Source of the DNA: a bacterium BMS3Abin01
GTDB lineage: Bacteria; Actinomycetota; Thermoleophilia; BMS3ABIN01
Direction: 5' to 3'
DNA: 64,000 nt
Assembly: GCA_002897715.1 (NCBI GenBank)
Contig: BDUA01000045.1
Span: forward strand, 8,495 to 72,494
Below, piece after piece: positions 1 through 8,366 of this stretch; within the stretch, counting starts at the first letter, position 1, and each line of letters opens with the position of its first letter. A model generated the notes under the pieces. The model saw only the letters and a program-made list of their open reading frames with translations, was not told the DNA's origin and ran no database searches. Position numbers and translations under genes: made by a program.

Positions 1-618
1 GCTTTCGACAACCTGTTCCGGGTGTTCGGCCTCGGCTGGGCGTCGCCGCTGATGGCGGTTCTGCTGGCCTACGGCGCCCTGGCCATGGTGATCACCTGGA
101 TGGTTGGGCCTTCGAAAGGTGTGCTGGAAGTAGCCGGTGACGGTTATCTGCCCAAGTACATGAGCCGCAAGAACCGGCACGGCATGCCCACCGGCACCCT
201 GGTAGTCCAGGGAGCCATATCGAGTCTGCTGTCCCTGGCTATCCTGTTCATGCCCACGGTGAGCGGCGCCTTCTGGATAATGAGCGCGCTGGCGGCCCAG
301 CTTTACCTGGTCATGTACCTGCTGATGTTCGCCGCCGCCATCAAGCTGCGCTATTCCCAGCCGGAGGTGGAGCGTCCCTACCGGGTGCCCGGCGGCAAAC
401 CCGGAATCTGGCTGGTCTCCGGCGTGGCCTTCCTGGCCTCGCTGTTCGTGATCATCTTCGGCTTCATACCCACGGACAGCGTGCGCGCCAGCGGCACGAA
501 CGCCATGGCAGCCTACGTTTCCTTTCTGCTGGTAGGCGTGGTCCTGTTTGTCACCATACCGCTGATCTTCTACTATCGAGCCCGGAAGAGGGGTGCCGGC
601 GAGCAGGGAGCCTTCTGA
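1..618 (+). CDS. APC-superfamily amino-acid antiporter, C-terminal part (5' end outside window); GadC/HdcP-like, candidate histidine/histamine exchanger
   Basis: Frame 1 is open from base 1 (AFDNLFRVFGLGW...) to the stop at 616-618. It encodes consecutive hydrophobic helices and a basic C-terminal tail (YYRARKRG). It lies 86 nt upstream of, and co-directional with, the histidine decarboxylase gene. Confidence 0.75.
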   Translation, partial: AFDNLFRVFGLGWASPLMAVLLAYGALAMVITWMVGPSKGVLEVAGDGYLPKYMSRKNRHGMPTGTLVVQGAISSLLSLAILFMPTVSGAFWIMSALAAQLYLVMYLLMFAAAIKLRYSQPEVERPYRVPGGKPGIWLVSGVAFLASLFVIIFGFIPTDSVRASGTNAMAAYVSFLLVGVVLFVTIPLIFYYRARKRGAGEQGAF

Positions 619-704
619 ACGGCGGTGCTGGCGAATTTCCTGTTATTGCCCCTTGCGGGCTGCCTGGAAACGGATGCTATCCAAACCCAACCGGGAGGAT
701 AAAA

Positions 705-1544
705 ATGGAACTGGAAGATGTGGTCAACGGCGCCGTGGGGCCCTTTGATGAATACTGCGACGGCTACGGCAACGCCGGCGCCAGTGGCCTGGGCTATGTT
801 TCCGTACTGAAGCTGCAGACAGGCAAGGTCCGGGCCGATATGGACAAGGTGCTGGAGGGCATCGTCTCCTATGACCGCGCCGAGACCCTGGGCGCCTATG
901 TGGGTCAGATAAACATGGTGGCGGCCTCCTCCTTCTGCGGCCTGAACGGAGCCGTGTGGGGCTACCACCTGGCGCGCGCGGAATCGATCGCCGATGCTTC
1001 CATCCAGCCCCTGTTCTACAGGCAACGCGGTGACGGGGTCAAGATTCCGGTTTATTCGGTGGAACCGCTGCTGGACGCCGGCAGGGCTCTGTTCGGCACC
1101 ATGGGGGAACGACGCTTCCCCCCGCTCCCGGGCGCCCACGTCAACTGCGCCGTCAAGAGCCATACGGTAAAGGGCCCCACCTCCATCTGGTGCGCCATCG
1201 GCCTGGCCATGGCGGAGGACCGCCAGCGTGATTCCAACCTGTTCGTGGAGGACGCGGGCGACGCCCCGCACCTGGAGAGCGACGAGGACCGCATGGCCTA
1301 TCTGGAAAATCTCATGGAGCACATGGCCACCAGCATCGTTCTCTGCGGCGATGACTCCAGCGTGAAGTACAAGGAGATCTTCCTGGGCTACAGGACCGGG
1401 TGGATACCCGAGGGGTACGTGGGCTGCGCGCTGACCTGCGCGCCCTACGTGGTACTGGCCAGAAACGCGGTGCCCCCGGCCGGGGCGGCGGCCATGCTTT
1501 CCATGAAGCTGTCGGAGTGGGAAGCAGCGGTGCGATTGCCGTAA
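705..1544 (+). CDS. hdcA: pyruvoyl-dependent histidine decarboxylase proenzyme
   Basis: RBS GGGAGGA lies before the ATG. EGIVSYDRAETLGAYVGQINMVAASSFCG matches the Lactobacillus 30a HdcA segment DGIVSYDRAETKNAYIGQINMTTASSFTG, which contains the Ser-Ser self-cleavage site (here Ser75/Ser76, codons at 927-932). LFVEDAG and APYV motifs are also shared. Confidence 0.85.
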   Translation: MELEDVVNGAVGPFDEYCDGYGNAGASGLGYVSVLKLQTGKVRADMDKVLEGIVSYDRAETLGAYVGQINMVAASSFCGLNGAVWGYHLARAESIADASIQPLFYRQRGDGVKIPVYSVEPLLDAGRALFGTMGERRFPPLPGAHVNCAVKSHTVKGPTSIWCAIGLAMAEDRQRDSNLFVEDAGDAPHLESDEDRMAYLENLMEHMATSIVLCGDDSSVKYKEIFLGYRTGWIPEGYVGCALTCAPYVVLARNAVPPAGAAAMLSMKLSEWEAAVRLP

Positions 1545-1584
1545 GGCGGATTCCTCGTCGCCATCATCCCTTCCCTTGACAGTA

Positions 1585-2346
1585 TCAACGGGGTATTACT
1601 TCCCTGGCCAGGAAAATAATCGCTATTATGACCACGATGCCCAATGTTTTTTCCATAACCCTGGGCGAGAATTTAACTGCCCCCATAAATGAACCCATGG
1701 TGCCCCCAGCCAGAACAGCGACCATCAGCGGGATATAGTTCATTAAGTCGACAGGGTTGTGCTGAAAGCGTGCCAACAGCCCCGAAAACGAATTAAGCCA
1801 AATAAAGATCGCACCACAGGCTGCGGCTTCCTTTTCGGTGCCTAACCCCAGGATTATTATCAAAGGGACCAGGTAAATACCGCCACCGATGCCGACTATG
1901 CCGGCAACCAGACCCAGTACCGAACCAGCTATCAGCGAGATGATTATTTTTCCTTTCTGTCCGATATCGTATTCAATGGTCGTATGCGGCCAAAGGTAAA
2001 TACGGACGGCCACGAATACCATTGATATCAAGAGAAACCAATAAAATATCTCTTTTGGTATCTTAAGTGTGCCCCCCAGATAGGCCATAGGCATGGAAGT
2101 TATCAGGAACGGTAGAACCAGTTTTATTCTGGCATGCTTGCTTCTTATAAAATTTATACTGCCCACCGAGGTGACAATCAGGTTGAGCGATAAAGAGATC
2201 GTGGGTATTGCCAGGGCGTTGAAGCCGAAGATGGCCATTAACGCCGTATAGGAGGAGCCGCCGCCGAGACCTACAGAGGAATAGGTGAATGCCACAATAA
2301 AAAATAAACCCGCTATAAAGTAAGGCGATGTGATTACTTCAGCCAA
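1585..2346 (-). CDS. TauE/SafE (DUF81) family anion-exporter-like membrane protein
   Basis: 253-aa polytopic protein with the N-terminal FTYSSVGLGGGSSYTALM motif typical of the family and a repeated second half (GIVGIGGGIYLVPL). TTG start. The block is AT-richer than its surroundings. Confidence 0.7.
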   Translation of the reverse strand: MAEVITSPYFIAGLFFIVAFTYSSVGLGGGSSYTALMAIFGFNALAIPTISLSLNLIVTSVGSINFIRSKHARIKLVLPFLITSMPMAYLGGTLKIPKEIFYWFLLISMVFVAVRIYLWPHTTIEYDIGQKGKIIISLIAGSVLGLVAGIVGIGGGIYLVPLIIILGLGTEKEAAACGAIFIWLNSFSGLLARFQHNPVDLMNYIPLMVAVLAGGTMGSFMGAVKFSPRVMEKTLGIVVIIAIIFLAREVIPR

Positions 2347-2380
2347 AATGTATATTTACCGGTCCGGGCATCATCGGCTG

Positions 2381-3703
2381 TTAAGAAGCTCCCTTTTGGG
2401 CACTATCGTATGGTCGATGAAAGAAATGACCTCGGACCAATCTACCATAAAAAACCTCAAACAGGACCGACGCGCTCATAAAGGACAGAAATACCAATAA
2501 CGCTCCGGAATTACTGGAAAAGGTGTGGGTAAGCAGGGTGGCCAGCGCTGCGCCACTGGCCAGGCAAGCCATCATGATTATCCACTGGTTTGCGTCTATT
2601 TCCTTGCGCAGCTTCCAGGCACTGATATTGACCATGAAGAATATCAGCAGAAAGCTGGCGCTGCCGATAATGGCTATCTCGGTTAAATCAATGGTGTTGG
2701 CGATGATCAGGCTGAGAAACAACGTAATGATAACGCCCATATCGGGTATTTGCCGCCTTTCCTCACGAAGTATCTTGGGGAGTTCGCCTTTTTTGGCAAT
2801 GATATAACCCAGGCGGGCATTACCGTAAATGGTGGCGTTGATGGCCGAGAACGTCGCCAGCAGCGCCGTAACCGAAACGATGGTGAAGCCCAACTGCCCG
2901 AGGGCCGGCCTGGCGGCAACCGCCAGGGCATAATCCTTGGCCATCAGCAGTTGGCTTTCGGGTACCGTACCCACGGTAATCACGGCGATGAGCGCGTATA
3001 GGACGATGACGATCAGTATCGAGGAATAAAATGCCCTGGGAAGGTTCGATCTCGGCTTTTTGATCTCTTCGGCAGCGTTGGCGATCAGTTCAAAGCCTTC
3101 ATAGGCAACAAAAATAATCATGCCGGCAACAATAATGGAAAAGGAAGTCCCCCAATTAGCTGGTGACAGCCGTTCCGTATCCACAAACGAGGCTCCCGAT
3201 ACAATAATCAGACCCAGCAAGGCAACCTTGATCATCACAATGACGGTCTCGGACCTGCTTACGAAGGAAGCATTCAGCAGGTTGATCAGAGCCGGGAGCA
3301 GAATGGCAAGACTGATCAATATGTGTCTCAGCCATTGCGTGGTATTGCCGTTGAACAGAACCTGTGCATAGGAAGCGAACGCAACCGCGTATAAGGAAAT
3401 CGTGACCAGATAACTCAACCAGAGCATGAAGCTTATGCTGCCCGACAGGAGGTTGTGTCTAAAGGCATTATCAATGAATACAACGGTGCCACCGCGGTTC
3501 TGGTACCTTACCGAGAACTTCGCATAGGAATAGGAAGTCGCCAACGCTACCATCCCCGCGAAAAGAAAGGCAACGATAGTCGCCCCGTGGGCAAGGGACA
3601 CCGCCTCACCCAATACCGCAAAAATACCACCTCCCACCATACCGCCTATACCGATCGAGATAGCGCCGGGCAGTCCCACTGTCCTTTTTTTTGGCTCCCG
3701 CAT
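2381..3703 (-). CDS. APC-family amino acid permease
   Basis: About 12 predicted helices and the N-terminal GAISIGIGGMVGGGIFAVLGE permease signature. I prefer the ATG at 3701-3703, which has GAGG upstream, over the ORF-track start at 3727. The block is AT-richer than its surroundings. Confidence 0.8.
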   Translation of the reverse strand: MREPKKRTVGLPGAISIGIGGMVGGGIFAVLGEAVSLAHGATIVAFLFAGMVALATSYSYAKFSVRYQNRGGTVVFIDNAFRHNLLSGSISFMLWLSYLVTISLYAVAFASYAQVLFNGNTTQWLRHILISLAILLPALINLLNASFVSRSETVIVMIKVALLGLIIVSGASFVDTERLSPANWGTSFSIIVAGMIIFVAYEGFELIANAAEEIKKPRSNLPRAFYSSILIVIVLYALIAVITVGTVPESQLLMAKDYALAVAARPALGQLGFTIVSVTALLATFSAINATIYGNARLGYIIAKKGELPKILREERRQIPDMGVIITLFLSLIIANTIDLTEIAIIGSASFLLIFFMVNISAWKLRKEIDANQWIIMMACLASGAALATLLTHTFSSNSGALLVFLSFMSASVLFEVFYGRLVRGHFFHRPYDSAQKGAS

Positions 3704-3787
3704 ACAATTACCTCGTCTAGCGTCCAACGCTGCGGCTCAGCGGTCCCGTGGTTTCGCGCCATATGATCCGGTGCACCCGGCTGCCTG

Positions 3788-4446
3788 TCACCCCCGCTCC
3801 GTAGCCTTCGCTCTTTCATCATCAGACATTTCCGCCAGGCGTTCGATCTCGTTCACATCAACGCCCAAACCTTCCGCCACGCGGCCGGTGTCCCCCTGTC
3901 GGAGAAGAGGATGGTCACCTGATGGATGGATTCGGGTGTCAGGGACAGGAAATCCCAGAACATGTCCGGGTCGGGCAGGTTGGTGGCAGGGTTCCGCTTC
4001 TGGGTATGGATGAAGTCGGGAAACTTGAGTGGATCGCGGATAAAGAAAACCGGCGTGTTGTTGCCGACGAAGTCGTAGTTGCCTTCCTCCGTGTAGAACT
4101 TGACCGCGAAGCCGCGCGGGTCGCGGGCGGCATCGGCCGAACCCCGCTCGCCGCCGACGGTGGAGAAGCGGGCGAAGACTTCGGTACGCCTGCCCACTTC
4201 CGCCAGAAACCCGGCCCTGGTGTACTGGCTCACATCGGCTGTCGTCTCGAAATATCCGTGCGCCCCCGCCCCTTTCGCGTGCACCACCCGTTCGGTAATG
4301 CGCTCATGGTCGAAGTGGGCCAGCTTCTCCAGCAAGTGAGCATCCTGCATGAGTACAGGCCCGCGCTCGCCTGCCGTGAGGCTGTTCTGGTCATCATCCA
4401 CATGGGCGCCGAAGGCTTTGGTCAGCTTCTTCTTTTCATCTTTCAT
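3788..4446 (-). pseudogene. catalase relic: N-terminal ~190 codons joined out of frame to the last ~30 codons
   Basis: AAGGAGG lies 6 nt before the ATG at 4444-4446. [74 protein letters not shown] and ILFSDRGTP are catalase core motifs. Homology stops after DRGTPA. A different frame then reads [30 protein letters not shown], resembling a catalase extreme C-terminus. The middle of the gene (heme proximal side) is absent. Confidence 0.7.
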
Positions 4447-4731
4447 CGTGAGCCTCCTTGATTTCTTGTTGCCTGTGTCTTCCGTTCCCGGCGCCATTAT
4501 TTCCAGGTCAGCGACTTTCCATCCGGACTTTGCATACCCTTCCCGCCCTGATTGGTAACATGGCTGCGAATCGTAGCGGTATTGACCACCTTGCGTTCCG
4601 CAGTTCCCGGATAGAGCGTACATCGTGGCTGTTCCCCGGCGGAAGTGTGGAAATGAGCGTGGGGGGTTATGGTGACTGGGGGCGGAACTTGAGCTGGTGG
4701 AGGCTATCGGGCTTTCCGCGGTTGTTGACCA

Positions 4732-6159
4732 TCACGTTTCGTTGCATGCCAGCAGGAAATCGACCACGTCAGCGGCCGTATATGATATCTTGCCGGAGCT
4801 CAATACCTGGAGGATACCCGACAAGTCATCGCCGCAGGTCACCAGGGGCAACTCCTCGGTGTTGTCGCTACGGGTCTGTGCCATGCCGATGTTGGCCATC
4901 AAGCCGTTGCAGAGACATTTGCGGCCGACGGTGTCGTCGATGGTCCCTCCCTTGCGAACGTACTGTTCCGGGTCTTCCGCCGGACAACGCCACCCGAGGG
5001 TCCCATCGGGCCGCTCGTAGACTTCGCGGAGGTAACCCAGATCGCACTGTCGGCGACGTTTCGCGTACAGGTCGGAGTCCGACAGGGTGCCGGGAATCGC
5101 CAGTACCTTGAACGGAAATCCGGTGGGAGAAGCAACCGGATCGGTGAAGATTCGCATTGTCCCACCCTGACATCCCTTGATGACGTCACGCTTGAGATCC
5201 TCCCTGATGCCGGACTCCTCGCAGAAGGCGAAAATCGTCCCCGCCTGGATGCCCGCCGCCCCGACGGCGAGTGCGTGGGCAAGTTTCTTCGGGCTGCCAT
5301 AAGAGCCTGCCAGCCAGAAGGGGCGACCCAGGGATTCGATGGCCGCAAGATCGATCACATCCCGCGGTCCGTAGACAGGCTCACCTTCCGGACTGAGTTT
5401 GGTGTGTCCCCGCGGCGGGGCGTTATGGCCACCGGCCGAAGGTCCCTCGATGATAAAGCCGTCTACCTGCCCCTCGCACCTCTTGACCAACAGGTTGGCC
5501 AGGGTAACCGAGGATACGATAGGAAAGAAAAGAGGGTGCCGCAGGGGTGGGCAGGCCCCGGCAAACATGTTTTTCGGGTTGAAAGAAATCCTGTGTGCGT
5601 GCCCGCTTTCCACCTCCCGGACATGGAGTTTGAGGTCCACGGTCTCACACCGGAACAGTCCGTCCAGGATCTTGGGGATCTCCACGGGAATCCCGGCGCC
5701 GACGATGACGATATCAACCCCGGCCAGCATCGCCCCGTAGAGGGACGGAAGCAGCGGCGCCTGGATCTCGTTCAGGTAGTTGATGCCCACCATGCCGTCA
5801 TGGCCTTCCTTCGCCAGAAATACCTCCGCGAAGTTGGCGGCGACCAGCATCTCCTCCAGTTTTCTGCTGAGTTTATCGCCCACCACGGGCTTGGCCGCGA
5901 AGGGTTGATCGGACGGTTTGCCGCCGGCGATGTAATAGCGATCGATGATGCGGCGGGAAACACTCTGATCCGGAAAAGCCGCGAGAGCGCGTTGCATGTG
6001 TCCACCCGGGTCTCCCAGCTGCAACCGCCTGGCCAGGATCAGATCCAGCGCTATCCCGGAGACCACACCGATATGCCCGCGCGAAGATACCGCGTGGACG
6101 AGTCGCCAGCCGGAGACGCCCGCGCCCATGCCGCCCTGGATGATCTGAGGAAACTTCAT
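4732..6159 (-). CDS. nitronate monooxygenase / FabK-PfaD-like FMN-dependent oxidoreductase family protein
   Basis: N-terminal MKFPQIIQGGMGAGVS motif and a later IIEGPSAGGH motif, typical of the NMO/enoyl-reductase TIM-barrel family. The start is chosen at the MKFPQII methionine; the ORF is open up to 6222. Confidence 0.7.
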   Translation of the reverse strand: MKFPQIIQGGMGAGVSGWRLVHAVSSRGHIGVVSGIALDLILARRLQLGDPGGHMQRALAAFPDQSVSRRIIDRYYIAGGKPSDQPFAAKPVVGDKLSRKLEEMLVAANFAEVFLAKEGHDGMVGINYLNEIQAPLLPSLYGAMLAGVDIVIVGAGIPVEIPKILDGLFRCETVDLKLHVREVESGHAHRISFNPKNMFAGACPPLRHPLFFPIVSSVTLANLLVKRCEGQVDGFIIEGPSAGGHNAPPRGHTKLSPEGEPVYGPRDVIDLAAIESLGRPFWLAGSYGSPKKLAHALAVGAAGIQAGTIFAFCEESGIREDLKRDVIKGCQGGTMRIFTDPVASPTGFPFKVLAIPGTLSDSDLYAKRRRQCDLGYLREVYERPDGTLGWRCPAEDPEQYVRKGGTIDDTVGRKCLCNGLMANIGMAQTRSDNTEELPLVTCGDDLSGILQVLSSGKISYTAADVVDFLLACNET

Positions 6160-6689
6160 TGTCGGCTTAAACCTTGATTTCCCTTCTCTGCCGATTTCCC
6201 TTGTTTTCTCACAATTCGCCATGGAACGAATCCCAACCTTTTATTTTCACACCATTCACGACCATACCAACAGCATTATCCCGACCGGGGCAAGAAAGAA
6301 CCCTCCATATTACCAGGTAGATGGATGATGCCCACAAAGAGGAGCGCTACAGATACCGACCTCAACATTATCTCATTTATTTCATCGTTTTATAAACCAG
6401 TCCGTCATCGAGGATTGTATGAGAATGATTCTCCTCCGGTTTTTTCGCCTATCCCGACCATGACGACTTCACCAGCCCCAAACGATCTCTTCTTAAAATA
6501 CCTTCTCTTTTTCTGTCCGAAACTCTCAACTCGAATCCACCGTTCATGTCAGGACTCCCTATCGATCGCCGTTTCTCCCCCCGCATACCTTCGGTCGAAG
6601 ACCGGTCCGCCGTACAAGAGGTCAGGCAGTGCTTAAGTGCTGTTTGAAACAGGAAAAAATCAGATGACCCGGCAACCTGCCGCCGGAAT

Positions 6690-7010
6690 GAATGGCGTGT
6701 GGCGTTTTTTCCAGTCGCAGGGGTCGTCGGGTGGGCATTCCCAAGCGGTGACCATGATATCACGTTGGAAATTATTGTCGAATGCGTACCTGCCGTCTTC
6801 AGGATATCCTCTGAGGAAAGCCTGGTCTGCGGATCGGGGCAGTTTCCCGGATCAGATTATCTTCAACCGGGACATCACCGTGATTACCAAACACGCTAAC
6901 AAGACGAGAAAACCATATTCGATTACATCGAAGTGTTCTATAATCGCCAGAGGTGACATTTGGCCACAAACGGGGCTTGACCGTTGCCGGCAAGTCAAAA
7001 AAAGGCAGTA
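6690..7010 (+). mobile_element. degraded IS3-family transposase relic (C-terminal integrase fragments, multiple frames)
   Basis: 6909-6953 reads KTIFDYIEVFYNRQR followed by a stop, which is the conserved C-terminal IS3 OrfB motif. Upstream, SADRGS resembles the HSDRGSQY motif in another frame. No intact ORF remains. Confidence 0.5.
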
Positions 7011-7094
7011 AACTATGAACGATATGCTGAACGTCAGTGTGGTTATGGAAGTGCACCCCAAAAGTTGGACAGTTCTGACCTCCGGTTTTTGTGA

Positions 7095-7987
7095 TTATTT
7101 ATCCTGATTCAGGCTCTTCGCATGGACAAGGGGAACCTGATTTCCGAGTGTCGAATGCCTCCTTTCCTGGTTGTAGTAGCGAATCCTTTTTCCGACTATT
7201 TCGCGCAGTTCTTCCATGGTTTGCGCATCCTGAAAGAGGGAGCGGTTCTCGGTCTTGAACCTGCCGAAGAACGATTCCATCTCCGGATTGTCGCCAGGCC
7301 CATTCAGGGCATACGAGACCCGGCACCTATCCGCACGAAGAAGCTTATCCAGCCAGCGGTAACTTGTGAAGGCCGAATCGCGGTCGTGGTGGACAATCAG
7401 TCCTTCCAGTGGGTATCCGAGTGACGCGAGTGCGGCTTTCGCCTTATCCCAGGCGTCGAGAGCCAGATCCGTCGTCGTCCGCTCGCCAAGCGCCCAGCCC
7501 AGCACGACCTTGGTGAGATGATCAAGCAGCGGGATAAGCTGCGCCTTGCCGCCAGCGTAGACGATTTCGCTGAAATCTGTGTAGCAGACCTCGAAGGGAC
7601 CCATGCCGGTAAGCCCGGCCACCAGGTTTGCCCGAGAGCCGATCTCCTCAATCGCCTGGCGAACGGCGCTGGGCTTAGGCGGGGTGATGGTGCGAAGCAG
7701 CGGCAGCCCCCAGAGCCCGTGAAGGCGCTGATGACCTTTTTGTTCACTGTCTGTCCGTAGGACTCCCTCAGCTCGGTGGCGGTACGCCGGTAGCCGTACT
7801 CGGAGTGTTTGCGGGCGATTTCTTCCAGGGTCTTTCTCAGACGAGAGTGTTTCTCCTCATAGGCGCATACGTGTTTTTGGTGGTAGTAGAAGGTCGAGCG
7901 CGCAAGCTCAAAGGTCTCCAGCGCCACCGGCAGACCGAACTCGGGCAGAGCCTCTTTTACCATGGCCACCTTCTCCTGGGTGCTCAT
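7095..7987 (-). pseudogene. IS3 transposase OrfB (DDE integrase) interrupted by a frameshift near 7735-7740
   Basis: MSTQEKVAMVKEALPEFGL...GQTVNKKVI is in one frame. The protein continues as QRLHGLWGLPLLRTITPPKPSAVRQAIEEIGSRANLVAGLTGMGPFEVCYTDFSEIVY...HHDRDSAFTS...NPEMESFFGRFKTE...YYNQERRHSTLG in another frame (DDE residues visible). Confidence 0.7.
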
Positions 7988-8268
7988 GCGCCCCGGCCCA
8001 AGAAGTTTTTTAAAAGGGCGATCTCCACTTCCTTTTTGCCCAGGAGCCTCTCCATCTCGGCGAGTTTTCGCTCCGCTTCGCTGCCGGAGCTTTCGTTTTG
8101 AAAGATCTCGGGTCCCTGCTCGAGGAAGCGCTTTTTCCAGAGCCCCACAGAGTTGGGATGGACGCCGTAGGCTTTGCCGATCTGTGCCGGCGTTTTTCCG
8201 CCGGAGAGCAGTTGCAGCACTACCTGGAACTTTAGCCTGGGTGAAATCCTCCTGCCGCTTTTTGCCAT
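7984..8268 (-). CDS. IS3 transposase OrfA (HTH)
   Basis: 94 aa. RRISPRLKFQVVLQLLSGGKTPAQIGKAYGVHPNSVGLWKKRF is a typical IS3 OrfA helix-turn-helix, followed by a leucine-zipper-like tail. Confidence 0.85.
   Translation of the reverse strand: MAKSGRRISPRLKFQVVLQLLSGGKTPAQIGKAYGVHPNSVGLWKKRFLEQGPEIFQNESSGSEAERKLAEMERLLGKKEVEIALLKNFLGRGA
8005..8011 (-). other. candidate programmed -1 ribosomal frameshift heptamer A-AAA-AAC joining orfA to orfB
   Basis: The minus-strand orfA codons TTA AAA AAC contain A AAA AAC in the X XXY YYZ register. The -1 frame reads KKLLGPGRMSTQEK, continuous with OrfB. The orfA TGA and the orfB ATG overlap as ATGA at 7984-7987. Confidence 0.6.
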
Positions 8269-8366
8269 TGAATGCGACCTCCTTTGCTTGCGGGAATCGT
8301 ATCATTCCCGCCTGTTGTCCGGAGGTCATTCAACACATTTGTGCAGTGTCCAAGATTTGGGGGTCA

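Larger units (their letters stand above)
7052..8366 (-). mobile_element. IS3-family insertion sequence (~1.3 kb) with imperfect terminal inverted repeats
   Basis: Ends: TGCACCCCAAAAGTTGGACAG at 7052 onward, versus the reverse complement of 8346-8366, TGACCCCCAAATCTTGGACAC. It contains an orfA/orfB pair with a slippery heptamer. I could not identify a target-site duplication. Confidence 0.8.

Noticed and set aside
6634-6655. CTGTTTGAAAC(A/G)GAAA occurs at about 6640 and again at about 12772; considered as a CRISPR-like or regulatory repeat
   Set aside because: There are only two copies, 6 kb apart, with no array structure or flanking similarity. This is most likely coincidence.
7962-8366. N-terminal 135 codons of the 461-aa ORF that ends as the GT2
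   Set aside because: This part lies inside the IS3 element, antisense to orfA, and has no GT2 similarity. It is read-through of an open frame, not a genuine N-terminus.
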